The translations under genes and the position numbers were made by a program. The notes under the pieces are model-generated. The model saw only the letters and a program-made list of their open reading frames with translations, was not told the DNA's origin and searched no databases. Below, one piece after another: positions 63,090-64,000 of a stretch of DNA of 64,000 nt. Source of the DNA: Hydrolagus colliei (taxonomy: Eukaryota); the NCBI GenBank assembly GCA_035084275.1, contig CM068762.1, positions 10,416,001 through 10,480,000 of the forward strand. The letters run 5' to 3'. Position 1 is the stretch's first letter. Each line of letters begins with the position of its first letter.

Positions 63090-63178
63090 CCCTTTGGCTC
63101 AGGGTGACTGATTTCTTTTGGTGTTCAGAGTCTTGATCAATTTCTAGCACCATTTGAAATCGGTTACAATGCAGAGGG
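63090..63178 (+). ncRNA. mir29c: pre-miR-29a/c hairpin
   Basis: 3p arm TAGCACCATTTGAAATCGGTTA (63145-63166) equals human miR-29c-3p / non-mammalian miR-29a; 5p arm ACTGATTTCTTTTGGTGTTCAG (63107-63128); CNNC 18 nt downstream; 421 nt from miR-29b. The a versus c name rests on synteny with cd34. Confidence 0.95.
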
Positions 63179-64000
63179 AAATGCAGCGAGAGTTACCATC
63201 AGGTCAAACCGTTCGATCGACTGACCGACTGAGAACTTGGTGGATTGTGTATGTGTGTGTCTGTGTTTGTTTTGTGTCTGTGTGTGTGAGTGGTGGAAGG
63301 ACGGAGAGGGGGTTGCGCAGTGACGATTTTATGAGAGAGAGAGAGAGAGAGCGCACACTGTTTAACTGATGTGTTTTTTTTTAGAAAATGAGACATTTCG
63401 GTCAGCCCCCCCCCCCCCCCCCCCCCCCCTCCTGCAAATCAAACGACTTAAAATAAATAAAAGAATAATCCTTGCGTTCCTGTCTTCATTGATTAAAAAC
63501 TGTGTGACAGACCTCGTGCACAGTGATGGCACGTGACCAATGGTTCCTTCTGCCATTGCATCACCGTTGTTCTTGTTTCTCTCATTCCATCTCTCTCTGC
63601 TCCTGTTGTGATCCCGTTCTCTCCTCCAGAACGTCGGGAGAAGAACCGGCTTGGCGGGAGCCATTGTGACCTCTCAGTTTGCTGTGTCTAATGAAATGTA
63701 GCGGATCGATCAACTGGATAATAAGTGTGAGTGGTGGGGAGTGAGGTTTGATGAATTCACGCACAATCCAGGAGCAGCTTTTGCGTTGACATATTAATAA
63801 TAATAATTTGATAATCCTCTCATTTGATAGAGCGCTTTACACATCTTATCGACGTCTCAAAGCGCTTCACAGAATATACTGTAAAATTAATCGAAACGCG
63901 GCAGCCAATTGCGCACAGCAGCGTCACCTTCCTATGAAATGACTGAGGAATGAAATGACCAATTTTTATTATTGTGTTTTTTTTTTTTGACGGATTATTA

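Overview
Repeat-rich vertebrate genomic DNA with one 200-N assembly gap (48076-48275). The CR1 tails, Deu-domain SINEs and the dominant tRNA-SINE point to a cartilaginous fish, probably a chimaera (inference). Almost all ORFs in the supplied track are spurious. Genes found: (1) a + strand spliced CD34-family sialomucin, best read as cd34, with five clear coding exons (16408-16477, 28810-28929, 29361-29737, 36095-36238, 37356-37535; 296 aa if joined directly) encoding signal peptide, Ser/Thr/Pro mucin stalk, TM helix followed by HSWSP, and a C-terminal DTEV; (2) about 25 kb downstream on the same strand, a mir-29b + mir-29a/c cluster (62669-63178), as in the human CD34 - MIR29B2/MIR29C arrangement. 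The most notable point is that no intact exons for the CD34 cysteine-bonded globular domain are visible. The mucin and TM exons join in frame, and a frameshifted, stop-containing relic of that domain may lie at 32693-32875. Also present: a hAT MITE with a perfect 8-bp TSD and a Tigger-like MITE, both nested in SINEs; a composite SINE family; L2/CR1 3' fragments; an old LINE RT relic; and a strong CTCF site. I see no evidence for a wholly new multi-gene system. Human comparison sequences are quoted from memory and need checking.
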